Source: Candidatus Fermentibacterota bacterium
GTDB lineage: Bacteria; Fermentibacterota; Fermentibacteria; Fermentibacterales; JCC-6
NCBI GenBank assembly: GCA_014728175.1
Contig: WJMA01000003.1
Coordinates: 66,191 to 130,190, forward strand
Direction of reading: 5' to 3'
Length of the DNA: 64,000 nucleotides
The position numbers and the translations under genes are program-made. Below the pieces are notes generated by a model. It saw nothing but the letters and a program-made list of their open reading frames with translations, did no database searches and was not told the origin of the DNA. Shown here in pieces: positions 55,880 through 64,000 of this stretch (positions are counted from its first letter, which is position 1; each line of letters starts with the position of its first letter).

Positions 55880-56842
55880 CTAATCCTCGTCCTCTTCGGG
55901 CAGGGAAAGGTCTCTATCCTCAAGCATCTCGACCACCTTGCGCAGGGATGCCTGGCCGAAGTTCCTGAGTGATAGCAGATCCCTTTCCGTCTTGTCGAGG
56001 AGGTCGGAAATCGACTTGATCCCTCCCGCAGTCAGGCAGTTCACAAGCCGTGGTGACAGCTCGGTCTCCTTGAGGGGCACGTCGGTGAATTCTTTCTTCC
56101 CCTCGGGCTCGGCGCCCTCCTCCGCCTCCAGGTCCAGCCTGGTCCTGCCCGTTATTATCAGCTCCATGTGCTTGACCAGGATCTCGCAGGCCTTCTTCAC
56201 GGCCTCCTTGGGGCTTATGCTGGCATCGGTGGCGACCTCTATGCTCAGCTTGTCGTAGTCGGTTTTGTCTCCCACCCTGGCGCTGTCCACGTGGTAGTTG
56301 ACCTTCCGAACCGGACAGAACCAGGAATCGAGCAGGATGGTCCCTATCTCGGTGGAAGGCCTGAGATCCCACCATTCGTCCGCGGTAACGTATCCCTTGC
56401 CCTTCTGTACCTCGATCTCCAGCGTCAGCTCACCGTCTTCGGCCACCTCGGCTATTACCATCTCTTGGCCGGAAACCGTTATCGGATCGTCCGTCTTCAG
56501 GTCTATGCCCTTAAGCGTCGAGGGGCCCTTGACGCTGGCCTTGAGAAGGCCCGTCTCGTCGCCGTCGTAGTGGATGCTCAACCCCTTGATGCTAAGGATG
56601 ATCTCCGGCACGTCCTGGACCACTCCGGGAATGGTGGTGAACTCGTGCTTTACCCCCTCTATCCTCACCGCAACCGGAGCGGCTCCCTCGATGGAGGAGA
56701 GCAGCACCCTTCTAAGGGCGTTACCCAGGGTGGGACCGAATCCTCTTTCCAGGGGAGTTACGATCAGTTTCCCGTAGGATTCCGTGTAGGTTTCCTCGTC
56801 CCATTCCACGATGTCCGGCAGATAGAGCCTCATGAATTCCAT
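55880..56842 (-). CDS. rpoA: RNA polymerase alpha subunit
   Basis: 'PLERGFGPTLGNALRRVLLSSI', 'HEF', 'RNFG'. Confidence 0.96.
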   Translation of the reverse strand: MEFMRLYLPDIVEWDEETYTESYGKLIVTPLERGFGPTLGNALRRVLLSSIEGAAPVAVRIEGVKHEFTTIPGVVQDVPEIILSIKGLSIHYDGDETGLLKASVKGPSTLKGIDLKTDDPITVSGQEMVIAEVAEDGELTLEIEVQKGKGYVTADEWWDLRPSTEIGTILLDSWFCPVRKVNYHVDSARVGDKTDYDKLSIEVATDASISPKEAVKKACEILVKHMELIITGRTRLDLEAEEGAEPEGKKEFTDVPLKETELSPRLVNCLTAGGIKSISDLLDKTERDLLSLRNFGQASLRKVVEMLEDRDLSLPEEDED

Positions 56843-56904
56843 CCAGTCCCCCTGACAGGCTTCTACTTGAGCTTGAGAGGTTCTAAACGACGCGCAAGGA
56901 AGTT

Positions 56905-57309
56905 CTACATCCGTCGCCGTTTCGGCGGACGGCAACCGTTATGTGGAACCTTGGTGATGTCCTTTATACCGGTAATCTCCAGATCGGTGGATTGCAGCGC
57001 CCTGACGGCGGCCTCTCTCCCGGAGCCCGGGCCTCGGACCCAGATCTCCACCTTCCTTATCCCCGTCTCCATGGCCTTCTCGGCGGCCTGAACCGCAGCC
57101 TGGCTGGAAGCGAAGGCGGTGCCCTTCCTCGTTCCCCTGACTCCGGTGGTTCCTCCGCTGGCCCAGGTTATCACTTCGCCGTTTTCCGTGGTCATGGTGA
57201 TGGTGGTGTTGTTAAAGGAAGATTTCACGTGCGCGATGCCGGCCGAAGAGGTTACCTTGGCCTTCTTCTTCCTCTTTTTGGTAGTTCCACGACCCTTGCC
57301 CTTTGGCAA
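56905..57309 (-). CDS. rpsK: 30S ribosomal protein S11
   Basis: 'SFNNT', 'GPGSGRE', 'PHNGCRPPKRRR'. Confidence 0.96.
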   Translation of the reverse strand: MPKGKGRGTTKKRKKKAKVTSSAGIAHVKSSFNNTTITMTTENGEVITWASGGTTGVRGTRKGTAFASSQAAVQAAEKAMETGIRKVEIWVRGPGSGREAAVRALQSTDLEITGIKDITKVPHNGCRPPKRRRM

Positions 57310-57332
57310 AAGCTGCCCTCCAATCCGACTAG

Positions 57333-57698
57333 CTATCTCTTTTTGGTATGCCCCTTCTTGGGACCCTTCCTGGTCCTGGCGTTGGTATGCGTTCGCTGTC
57401 CGTGGACCGGCAATCCGCGCCTATGCCTAAGACCTCTATAGCACCCTATATCCATAAGCCTCTTACGGTTCATGCTGATCTCGGCGCGCAGGGCTCCCTC
57501 GACCGTCAGGCTCTCATCTATGGCCCTTCTAAGAGCGGCGATCTCGCTCTCGGTGAGATCGTCCGTACTCTTGTCGAACGGTATTCCGGTCTTCTCGAGT
57601 ATCTTCCTCGACGTGGTCAGGCCTATCCCGTAAATGTAGGGAAGCGCGTACAGTATATGCTTGTTGCGCGGAAGATCCACACCTGCGACTCTAGCCAA
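57333..57698 (-). CDS. rpsM: 30S ribosomal protein S13
   Basis: 'ARVAGVD', '[24 protein letters not shown]'. Confidence 0.96.
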   Translation of the reverse strand: MARVAGVDLPRNKHILYALPYIYGIGLTTSRKILEKTGIPFDKSTDDLTESEIAALRRAIDESLTVEGALRAEISMNRKRLMDIGCYRGLRHRRGLPVHGQRTHTNARTRKGPKKGHTKKR

Positions 57699-57747
57699 GT
57701 ACTACCTCCAAATGCGACAGGCCTGCGTTTGGGCCGCCCGGCCCCGA

Positions 57748-57864
57748 TCAGCCCTGCCTCTGCTTGTGCCTGGGATCGCGAGAGCAGATGACGTACACGG
57801 TTCCCCGCCGCCGAACTATGCGGCAATGCTCACAGATCTTCTTCACGGAGCTTCGAACCTTCAT
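57748..57864 (-). CDS. rpmJ: 50S ribosomal protein L36
   Basis: Not in the ORF track; translated by hand as [38 protein letters not shown]. Confidence 0.96.
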   Translation of the reverse strand: MKVRSSVKKICEHCRIVRRRGTVYVICSRDPRHKQRQG

Positions 57865-57877
57865 CTGCGTCGGCTCC

Positions 57878-58102
57878 CTACTTGTATCTGTAGATTATCC
57901 GCCCCCGGGTGAGGTCGTAGGGCGACAGCTCCACCGTCACCCTGTCACCGACCAGTATACGAATGTAGTTCATCCGCATCTTCCCGGAGATGTGGCAGAG
58001 GGCCATCGAGCCTTCCGGCTTGTCGAGTCTTACCCTACACATGCTGTTGGGCAAGGTTTCCTCGACCGTTCCGTCGACTACTACGCCCTGCTCCTTAGCC
58101 AA
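57878..58102 (-). CDS. infA: Translation initiation factor IF-1
   Basis: '[33 protein letters not shown]'. Confidence 0.96.
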   Translation of the reverse strand: MAKEQGVVVDGTVEETLPNSMCRVRLDKPEGSMALCHISGKMRMNYIRILVGDRVTVELSPYDLTRGRIIYRYK

Positions 58103-58198
58103 TCCCTACCTTCCCTTTGCTCGTTGCGTTACGGAGCGCCTAGTATTAGCAAATGTTCCCATTTAGTCAACATCAACAGGTTACCCCACCCTAAAGCT

Positions 58199-58837
58199 TC
58201 AGCAATCGGCAGGCAGCTTCTGCACAACCCCATTCACGCGTTCGGCAACCGCATCCACGGATCCGACACCGTCCACCCGATGGAGCCGGCCATCGTAATA
58301 CTCGACAACCGGATCGGTCCTTTCGTGGTACTCCCGTAGCCTATTGCGGACCGCCTCGGGCCTGTCGTCCTTCCTTCGGACCAGCTCCTGGTCGCAGACC
58401 GGGCAGGAATCGCCGACCTCGCCCTCCGACCTGGTCGCCACGAATCCACAGGACGGGCAAACCACTCTGCTGGAGATCCTCCTGACCACCTCTTCGTCCG
58501 GTACCGCCAGCAGCAATACGCCCGAAAGCTCCCGGTCCCTTACCTTCAGGAACTCGTCCAGGGATATCGCCTGGGTCACGGTTCTGGGGTAGCCGTCGAG
58601 GAGGAACCTGTCGATCCCCTCGATCCTGGCGAAGACCTCTGCGTTAACCAGCTCGTCCTTGACCAGGGCCCCCGACTCCAGCGCCTCGGTGATCGCCCGG
58701 CCCAGATCGCTTTTTCTTCTGGACTCGGAACGGAAGATGTCTCCGGTGGACAGGTGCATCAGGTCCATGGTGCTGCTCATCCTGTCGGCCTGAGTGCCCT
58801 TTCCCGATCCAGGGGGCCCCAGAAGAACCAGCTTCAT
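58199..58837 (-). CDS. adk: Adenylate kinase (Zn-lid type)
   Basis: 'GPPGSGKGTQA', 'STGD', 'LDGYPRT', CxxC...CxxC lid. Confidence 0.95.
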   Translation of the reverse strand: MKLVLLGPPGSGKGTQADRMSSTMDLMHLSTGDIFRSESRRKSDLGRAITEALESGALVKDELVNAEVFARIEGIDRFLLDGYPRTVTQAISLDEFLKVRDRELSGVLLLAVPDEEVVRRISSRVVCPSCGFVATRSEGEVGDSCPVCDQELVRRKDDRPEAVRNRLREYHERTDPVVEYYDGRLHRVDGVGSVDAVAERVNGVVQKLPADC

Positions 58838-60141
58838 CTTCTTCCCCGAATCCGGCCTTTCTTGAGGAACCCGTCGTAGTGTCTCATAAGCAGGTGGGTC
58901 TCGATCTGGCGAAGCGTCTCCAGGCCCACGCCGACCACGATCAGCAGACCCGTGCCCCCGAATCGGAAGGCCACTCCAGCCTCCTGCATCAGGATCATGG
59001 GTAACACCGCTATCGCGGCCAGGAATATCGCTCCGGGCAGGGTTACCCTGACCAGCACCCTCTCGATGTACTTAGCGGTGCTCTTGCCCGGCTTCCTGCC
59101 GGGAATGAAACCTCCGTACTTCTTCATGTTGTCCGCCAGGTCCTGGGGATTGAAAGTAACAGCGGTATAGACGTAGGCGAACAGGATGATCAGGCCTGCG
59201 TAGATCACCACGTACAGAGGGCTCCCGGGGGCCATGAAGCTGTTGACCCACTCGTCCACCCCGGAGTTGGGGAAGAACATCGCTATGCTGCTGGGAAACA
59301 TCATGAACGCCTGCGCGAATATCACCGGGATAACTCCGGCCGTGTTCAGACGCAGCGGAATATGGGTACTCTGCCCCCCGTAGATCTTCCTTCCCCTGAC
59401 CTGCTTCGCATAGGTGACCGGTATTCGCCTCTGGGCCTCGGTCATCATAACCACGAAGGCCACCACCGCGAACATGAACACCACCAGAAACACCGCGCTG
59501 ACGAAAGAGGTCTGTTGGAGTACGAACACGTCTCTGTACAAGGTCTGTATCGAGCCGGGAAGCCTGCCCACTATGCCGGCAAAGATTATCAGGCTAATGC
59601 CGTTGCCGACTCCCCTCTCCGTGATCCTCTCCCCCAGCCACATTATGAAGATGGTTCCGGTTATCAGGGTCAGCACGGTTTGAGCTGTAAAGGCCAGGCC
59701 CGGATTGGGCACCACGCCCGGAACCTGCCTGTTGAGTCCCACCAGGTACTGGGTTATGCCCAGACCCTGTATGAAGGACAGAAGAACCGTCCCGTATCGG
59801 GTTATCTCGGTCATCTTCTGCCGTCCGGCCTCGCCCTCCTTCTTAAGCTTCTCGAAGTAGGGGACTACGGAAGTCAGCAGCTGGATGATGATCGAGGCCG
59901 AGATGTAGGGCATTATGCCCAGGGCGAAAATGCTGGCCCTGCGTAGGGCCCCGCCCACGAACAGGTCGTACATGCCCATCAACCCGCCCGCGGCCCCGCT
60001 GAAAGCTCTCTCCAGGGCCGTTCCGTCGATGCCCGGTACGGGAATGTGCCCGCCAACGCGGTACACGGCTATCAGAAGAAAGGTGTAGAACAGCTTCTTC
60101 CGGAGCTCGGGAATCTTGAATACGTTGTCGAAGCCTCGCAT
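58834..60141 (-). CDS. secY: Preprotein translocase SecY
   Basis: 'SIFALGIMPYISASII', 'GVGNGISL', 'IPGRKPG', 'GGTGLLIVVGV'. Confidence 0.97.
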   Translation of the reverse strand: MRGFDNVFKIPELRKKLFYTFLLIAVYRVGGHIPVPGIDGTALERAFSGAAGGLMGMYDLFVGGALRRASIFALGIMPYISASIIIQLLTSVVPYFEKLKKEGEAGRQKMTEITRYGTVLLSFIQGLGITQYLVGLNRQVPGVVPNPGLAFTAQTVLTLITGTIFIMWLGERITERGVGNGISLIIFAGIVGRLPGSIQTLYRDVFVLQQTSFVSAVFLVVFMFAVVAFVVMMTEAQRRIPVTYAKQVRGRKIYGGQSTHIPLRLNTAGVIPVIFAQAFMMFPSSIAMFFPNSGVDEWVNSFMAPGSPLYVVIYAGLIILFAYVYTAVTFNPQDLADNMKKYGGFIPGRKPGKSTAKYIERVLVRVTLPGAIFLAAIAVLPMILMQEAGVAFRFGGTGLLIVVGVGLETLRQIETHLLMRHYDGFLKKGRIRGRR

Positions 60142-60584
60142 CAGTCCAGAACCACTGCCTCTCCACCGGTGGAGCGTATCATCTCGGCCGCCTTCTCACT
60201 GAACGCGTGAGCCTTGACCTTCAGCTTCCTTTCCAGCTCGCCGTCTCCTAGAATCTTGACCGGCTTGCGGCGGGAAGAGATCAGACCGGCCTCTTTAAGA
60301 ACGTCCGGGGTCACCTCGGTGCCGTCCTCGAACCTCTGCAGGAACGATACGTTGACAATCTGGTACTCCTTGGAGAAACGCCTGTTGTTGAAACCCTTAT
60401 GGGTAAGGCGCCTCTGGATGGGCATCTGGCCGCCCTCGAACCAGTTCTTCACCTTGCTTCTGTGCTTCTGCCCCTTCTCCCCCCTGCCGGAGGTGCCGCC
60501 CCTGCGGGCGCTTCTTCCGCTTCCCCGCCGGACGTTCTTCCTTCTGGCGCCCTTGGCGGGGCGGAGATGCTGCAGGCGTCTCAT
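60141..60584 (-). CDS. rplO: 50S ribosomal protein L15
   Basis: 'GRGEKGQ', 'FEGGQMP', 'KILGDG'. Confidence 0.95.
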   Translation of the reverse strand: MRRLQHLRPAKGARRKNVRRGSGRSARRGGTSGRGEKGQKHRSKVKNWFEGGQMPIQRRLTHKGFNNRRFSKEYQIVNVSFLQRFEDGTEVTPDVLKEAGLISSRRKPVKILGDGELERKLKVKAHAFSEKAAEMIRSTGGEAVVLD

Positions 60585-60772
60585 TTCTTAACCTCCTCGA
60601 CCTCGACCAGATGGATGACCCTGTCGATCATCCCCCTTATCTCGGGGCGGTCCTCGTGAACCACGCTCTTTCGAATGCCGTGCAGGCCGAGGGCCTCGAG
60701 CGTCCGCTTCTGCTTACGGTGCCTTCCCACGGCGCTTCTGGTCTGGGTGATCCTTAACTTACTCTCAGCCAT
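60581..60772 (-). CDS. rpmD: 50S ribosomal protein L30
   Basis: 'RITQTRS', 'LEALGL', 'RGMI..V.HLV'. Confidence 0.95.
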   Translation of the reverse strand: MAESKLRITQTRSAVGRHRKQKRTLEALGLHGIRKSVVHEDRPEIRGMIDRVIHLVEVEEVKK

Positions 60773-61310
60773 GCTTCTGCCTCTCGGCCACCACCGACTC
60801 CCTATGCTTGGATACTCTATCTATGAGCACCAGGTCGTTGAGGCCGGCCATGGCAGCCTTCACTACGTTATGGGAGTTGTTGCTGCCCTGGGACTTGGTA
60901 AGTACGTCCTTTATCCCGGCGCATTCCATGATCGCCCTTACCGGAGCGCCGGCTATGATGCCCGTTCCCGGGCTGGCCGGCCTGAGGAGAACCTTCCCCG
61001 CTCCGAACCTGCCCACGATCTTGTGGGGAATCGTGCGGCCGTCGGCCAGAGGGATCCTGATCATGCTTCCCTTGGCCTTCTCCGTGGCTTTTTTTATCGA
61101 CTCCGGCAGCTCGGCGGCCTTCCCCAGACCGACGCCGACCCTGCCCTGGCCGTCGCCCACGGCCGCGATCGCGTTGAATCCAAATGTGCGACCGCCCTTG
61201 GTTACCTTGGCTACCCTGTTGATGGTTATCAGTCGGTCCATCAAGCCTTCTTCTTCGAGCGCCGACTGCCTTCTGCGCTTTCTCGAACGTCTACCCTTCT
61301 GTATAGCCAA
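60765..61310 (-). CDS. rpsE: 30S ribosomal protein S5
   Basis: '[11 protein letters not shown]', '[11 protein letters not shown]'. Confidence 0.96.
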   Translation of the reverse strand: MAIQKGRRSRKRRRQSALEEEGLMDRLITINRVAKVTKGGRTFGFNAIAAVGDGQGRVGVGLGKAAELPESIKKATEKAKGSMIRIPLADGRTIPHKIVGRFGAGKVLLRPASPGTGIIAGAPVRAIMECAGIKDVLTKSQGSNNSHNVVKAAMAGLNDLVLIDRVSKHRESVVAERQKHG

Positions 61311-61325
61311 ATCCAGCCTGCCCTC

Positions 61326-61688
61326 CTAGAACTTCAAACCGCCCTCGCGGGCCTTTTCCGCCACTTCCTTCACTCTGCCTTGGTAGGGGTAACCGCCTCT
61401 GTCGAAAACGACGGTCTCAATTCCCTTTTTCCTCGCCTTCTCCGCCAGCAGCAGCCCCACCCGGCCCGCCTGCTCGGTCTTGGTACGGTTCTCAACACCC
61501 TTGAGCTCCTTGCTGTTCGTGGTTACGGTCAGGATGGTGGTTCCCGTAGTGTCGTCGATCAGGGAGGCCGTGATGTTCCTGTTGCTCCGATAGACGAACA
61601 TACGAGGCTTATCGGGCGTACCGATTATCTTCTTCCTTATCCTTCTGTGGCGCCGCTTTATGCGGTTCCTTCGGTCCATTACGGACAT
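61326..61688 (-). CDS. rplR: 50S ribosomal protein L18
   Basis: 'VVFDRGGYPYQGRV', 'AREGGLKF'. Confidence 0.95.
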   Translation of the reverse strand: MSVMDRRNRIKRRHRRIRKKIIGTPDKPRMFVYRSNRNITASLIDDTTGTTILTVTTNSKELKGVENRTKTEQAGRVGLLLAEKARKKGIETVVFDRGGYPYQGRVKEVAEKAREGGLKF

Positions 61689-61706
61689 GATCCGCTCTCG
61701 CCCTTC

Positions 61707-62255
61707 CTAAGTCGTAACTATCTTGGCGGTCTTGGTCTTAACCCTCTGATCGGAGTACCGGAAACCGATCATGTTGTAGGGCTCCACCGGACGCAGCTTG
61801 TACAGAACGTCCGCGAAGGTCCCCACCAGGTACTTGTCGTTGCTCCGCAGCTCAAGGGTGAAGGTGTTCTGACCCGGCTTGACCTCTACCTCGACTCCCT
61901 CGGGAATCTCGACCAAGACCTTGTGCGAGAACCCGATCTGCATCTCTATCACCTTTCCCACGACCTCCGCCTGGTAACCCTTTCCGTTGACTATCAAGGA
62001 CTTGGAATGGCCGGTGCTCACGCCGTTCACCATGTTCCTCAGATGCCTCGTATAGGTTCCGTGGTACATCTTCTGACCCCTGGTGTCGTTCCGTCGGGAG
62101 ACCTGGAGCGCCCCGTCGTCCATCTCCGCCGTTATCCCATCGGGCAGGGTAATGCCCATCTCGCCTTTGGGGCCCTTCACAGTTACCTTCGAGCCCTTAA
62201 TGGAGACCTCTACGCCTTCCGGCACCACGATGGGGTGATTTCCCAGCCGCGACAT
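61707..62255 (-). CDS. rplF: 50S ribosomal protein L6
   Basis: 'MSRLG', 'VKGPKG', 'NMVNGVS.G', 'GFSH', 'RPVEPY'. Confidence 0.93.
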   Translation of the reverse strand: MSRLGNHPIVVPEGVEVSIKGSKVTVKGPKGEMGITLPDGITAEMDDGALQVSRRNDTRGQKMYHGTYTRHLRNMVNGVSTGHSKSLIVNGKGYQAEVVGKVIEMQIGFSHKVLVEIPEGVEVEVKPGQNTFTLELRSNDKYLVGTFADVLYKLRPVEPYNMIGFRYSDQRVKTKTAKIVTT

Positions 62256-62266
62256 CAAAGCACCTC

Positions 62267-62662
62267 CTACCAGATATGCAGCATGACCTCGCCGCCGACG
62301 CTCTGGCTCCGAGCGTCGGAGTCGGCCATGATCCCCTTGGGGGTGGTCAGAACGGCCATGCCCCGGCCGCCCATGACCCGGGGAATGTCCTTCGCACCGG
62401 CGTATATCCTGCAGCCGGGCTTGGAGACTCTCTTCAACCCTACGATCAGGGGTTGGCCGGTACGGTAGGCGAGGTAGATCCGGAGAACGCCCTGCCGGTT
62501 GTCGTCGATCTTCCTGAACCCACGGATGTAGCCCTTATCGTACAGAACACGTGCTATTCCTATCTTCAGCTTGGACGAAGGGATGTCCACCAGCTTTTTC
62601 CCCGCCCGGTAGGCGTTCCTGATCCGGGTCAGCATATCCGCAATGGGATCGGTCATCGACAT
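62267..62662 (-). CDS. rpsH: 30S ribosomal protein S8
   Basis: 'DPIADMLTRIRNA', 'SKPG', 'VGGEV'. Confidence 0.96.
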   Translation of the reverse strand: MSMTDPIADMLTRIRNAYRAGKKLVDIPSSKLKIGIARVLYDKGYIRGFRKIDDNRQGVLRIYLAYRTGQPLIVGLKRVSKPGCRIYAGAKDIPRVMGGRGMAVLTTPKGIMADSDARSQSVGGEVMLHIW

Positions 62663-62676
62663 ACGCAGCTCGCCCC

Positions 62677-62862
62677 CTACCAGCTAGCCTTGCGAACCCC
62701 GGGGATCAGACCCCGGTTCGCCAGCTCTCGAAAGCAGATGCGGCAGATGCCGAACTTGCGTAGGTAGCCTCTGGCCCGTCCGCACAGTGAGCATCTGTTG
62801 TACTTCCTCACCTTGAATTTGGGCTTGCGCTTCTGCTTTTCGATAAGGCACTTTCTAGCCAA
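62677..62862 (-). CDS. rpsN: 30S ribosomal protein S14 (Zn-binding type)
   Basis: 'RCSLCGR', 'CRICFRE', 'PGVRKASW'. Confidence 0.96.
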   Translation of the reverse strand: MARKCLIEKQKRKPKFKVRKYNRCSLCGRARGYLRKFGICRICFRELANRGLIPGVRKASW

Positions 62863-62874
62863 ATCGGTCCCCCT

Positions 62875-63438
62875 CTATCGGCCGCTCCTACGAAAGGGCA
62901 TGCCCAGAAGCGAGAGCAGCTCCAGGCCTTCCTCATCCGTAGAGGCCGTGGTAACAATTGCGATGTCCATTCCTCTGAACTTGTCTATCTTGTCTACGTT
63001 GATCTCCGGAAATATCGCCTGCTCGTTCAATCCGAAGTTGTAGTTGCCCCTGCCGTCGAACCTCCGGGGGGAAACTCCCCGGAAATCCCTTACCTGGGGC
63101 AGAGCGAAGTTAACCAGCCTGTCCAGGAAATCCCACATGCGGTTTCCCCTGAGAGTTACGTAGACTCCCAGAGGCACGCCCTCGCGGACCCTGAAGCCGG
63201 CAACCGACTTTTTGGCCCTGGCCACGACGGGCGCCTGGCCGGCTATCGCCGCCAGCTGCTCCGTGGCGTTCTTCACGTTGTTTGGATTCTCCACCGCCTC
63301 GGCTCCCAAACCCATGTTGATCACTATTTTCACCGGCCTGGGTATCTCGTTGGTATTCTGGTAGGAGAACCTCTCCGCCAGTTGTCCGCAGACCTCTTGC
63401 TGGTAGACCTGCTTCAACCTCGATACGTAACCAGCCAC
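62875..63438 (-). CDS. rplE: 50S ribosomal protein L5
   Basis: 'KIVINMG', 'VTLRG', 'RDFRG', 'FDGRGNY', 'FPEI'. Confidence 0.96.
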   Translation of the reverse strand: MAGYVSRLKQVYQQEVCGQLAERFSYQNTNEIPRPVKIVINMGLGAEAVENPNNVKNATEQLAAIAGQAPVVARAKKSVAGFRVREGVPLGVYVTLRGNRMWDFLDRLVNFALPQVRDFRGVSPRRFDGRGNYNFGLNEQAIFPEINVDKIDKFRGMDIAIVTTASTDEEGLELLSLLGMPFRRSGR

Positions 63439-63451
63439 TGCGTCTACCTTT

Positions 63452-63772
63452 CTAGCCGGCCGGGATCATCTCGCCGCAGGACTTGCACTTCCTGCGACGC
63501 GTCCCGTCGGGGTCTCTTTCGATGCTCAGGCCCTTCGCCTCTCCGCATCCGGGGCATACGATCCTGAGATTGGAGAGGTGAATGGGGGCCTCCTTCTCCA
63601 CGATTCCTCCCTGCTGTTGGCGGGACGAAGGCCTGGTGTGCCTTTGTATGAAATTCAGTCCCTCGACTATTGCCCGCTCCTGATCCGGGAAGACCTTGAG
63701 GACCTTTCCGGTCTTCCCTCTCTCCTCGCCGGTTATCACCTTTACCTTGTCTCCCCTTCTGATCTCCATCAC
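63452..63772 (-). CDS. rplX: 50S ribosomal protein L24
   Basis: 'GDKVKVITG', '[14 protein letters not shown]'; CxxC...CxxC at the C-terminus. Confidence 0.95.
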   Translation of the reverse strand: MMEIRRGDKVKVITGEERGKTGKVLKVFPDQERAIVEGLNFIQRHTRPSSRQQQGGIVEKEAPIHLSNLRIVCPGCGEAKGLSIERDPDGTRRRKCKSCGEMIPAG

Positions 63773-64000
63773 ACCACCTCCGGAGCCAGCGAGATGATCT
63801 TCATGAAATGCTCCCGCAGCTCCCGGCCCACCGGCCCGAATACTCTGGTCGCAATCGGCTGGTAGGCGTCGTCCAGCAGAACCACGGCGTTGTCGTCGAA
63901 GCGAACCGAGGTGCCGTCATCCCGGTTTAGCTCCTTCTTAGTCCTCACCACTACGGCCCTGCGAACCTCACTCTTCTTCACCGTGCCGTTGGGTATGGCC
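63769..64000 (-). CDS. rplN: 50S ribosomal protein L14 (3' part; begins beyond the window)
   Basis: 'AVVVRTKK', 'RFDDNAVV', 'TRVFGPV.RELR', 'SLAPEV'. Confidence 0.95.
   Translation of the reverse strand, partial: AIPNGTVKKSEVRRAVVVRTKKELNRDDGTSVRFDDNAVVLLDDAYQPIATRVFGPVGRELREHFMKIISLAPEVV

Noticed and set aside
1-64000. CRISPR arrays, IS elements, prophage or defence systems
   Set aside because: No regularly spaced repeats, transposase, integrase, phage or cas-like ORFs recognised by eye.

Overview
High-GC chromosomal window from an anaerobic, diderm bacterium. T9SS-type C-terminal domain and PorV-like proteins suggest the FCB superphylum, possibly Fermentibacterota (inference). No mobile element, CRISPR array or rRNA is visible. 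Core content: the distal spc/alpha ribosomal operons (rplN to rplQ, lacking map and rpsD) followed by pfkA; ridA-tolQRAB-pal-cpoB; tRNA-Leu(TAG); tig-clpP-clpX-engB-purA-tatD/rSAM-rsmA; rfbD-gmhA-flippase; a four-subunit 2-oxoacid:ferredoxin oxidoreductase; a DtxR-FeoA/feoB operon with an operator; glnA, cobO, rlmN, mtnP, thiL and lolC/E. Best candidate for an undescribed system: a tightly coupled minus-strand operon (about 34160 to 23844) encoding an ABC substrate-binding lipoprotein, a secreted tandem OB-fold protein with a T9SS-like CTD, a PorV-like barrel, a ComEA-type HhH plus beta-barrel protein, a FadL-like barrel and a secreted 5'-nucleotidase. It looks like a SusCD-independent locus for capturing and using extracellular DNA or nucleotides. 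Second candidate: a structured, RBS-sequestering 5' leader (possible riboswitch) before a COG2403/ArcE-like (arginine synthetase-like) gene. All calls come from reading motifs by eye; no database searches were run.
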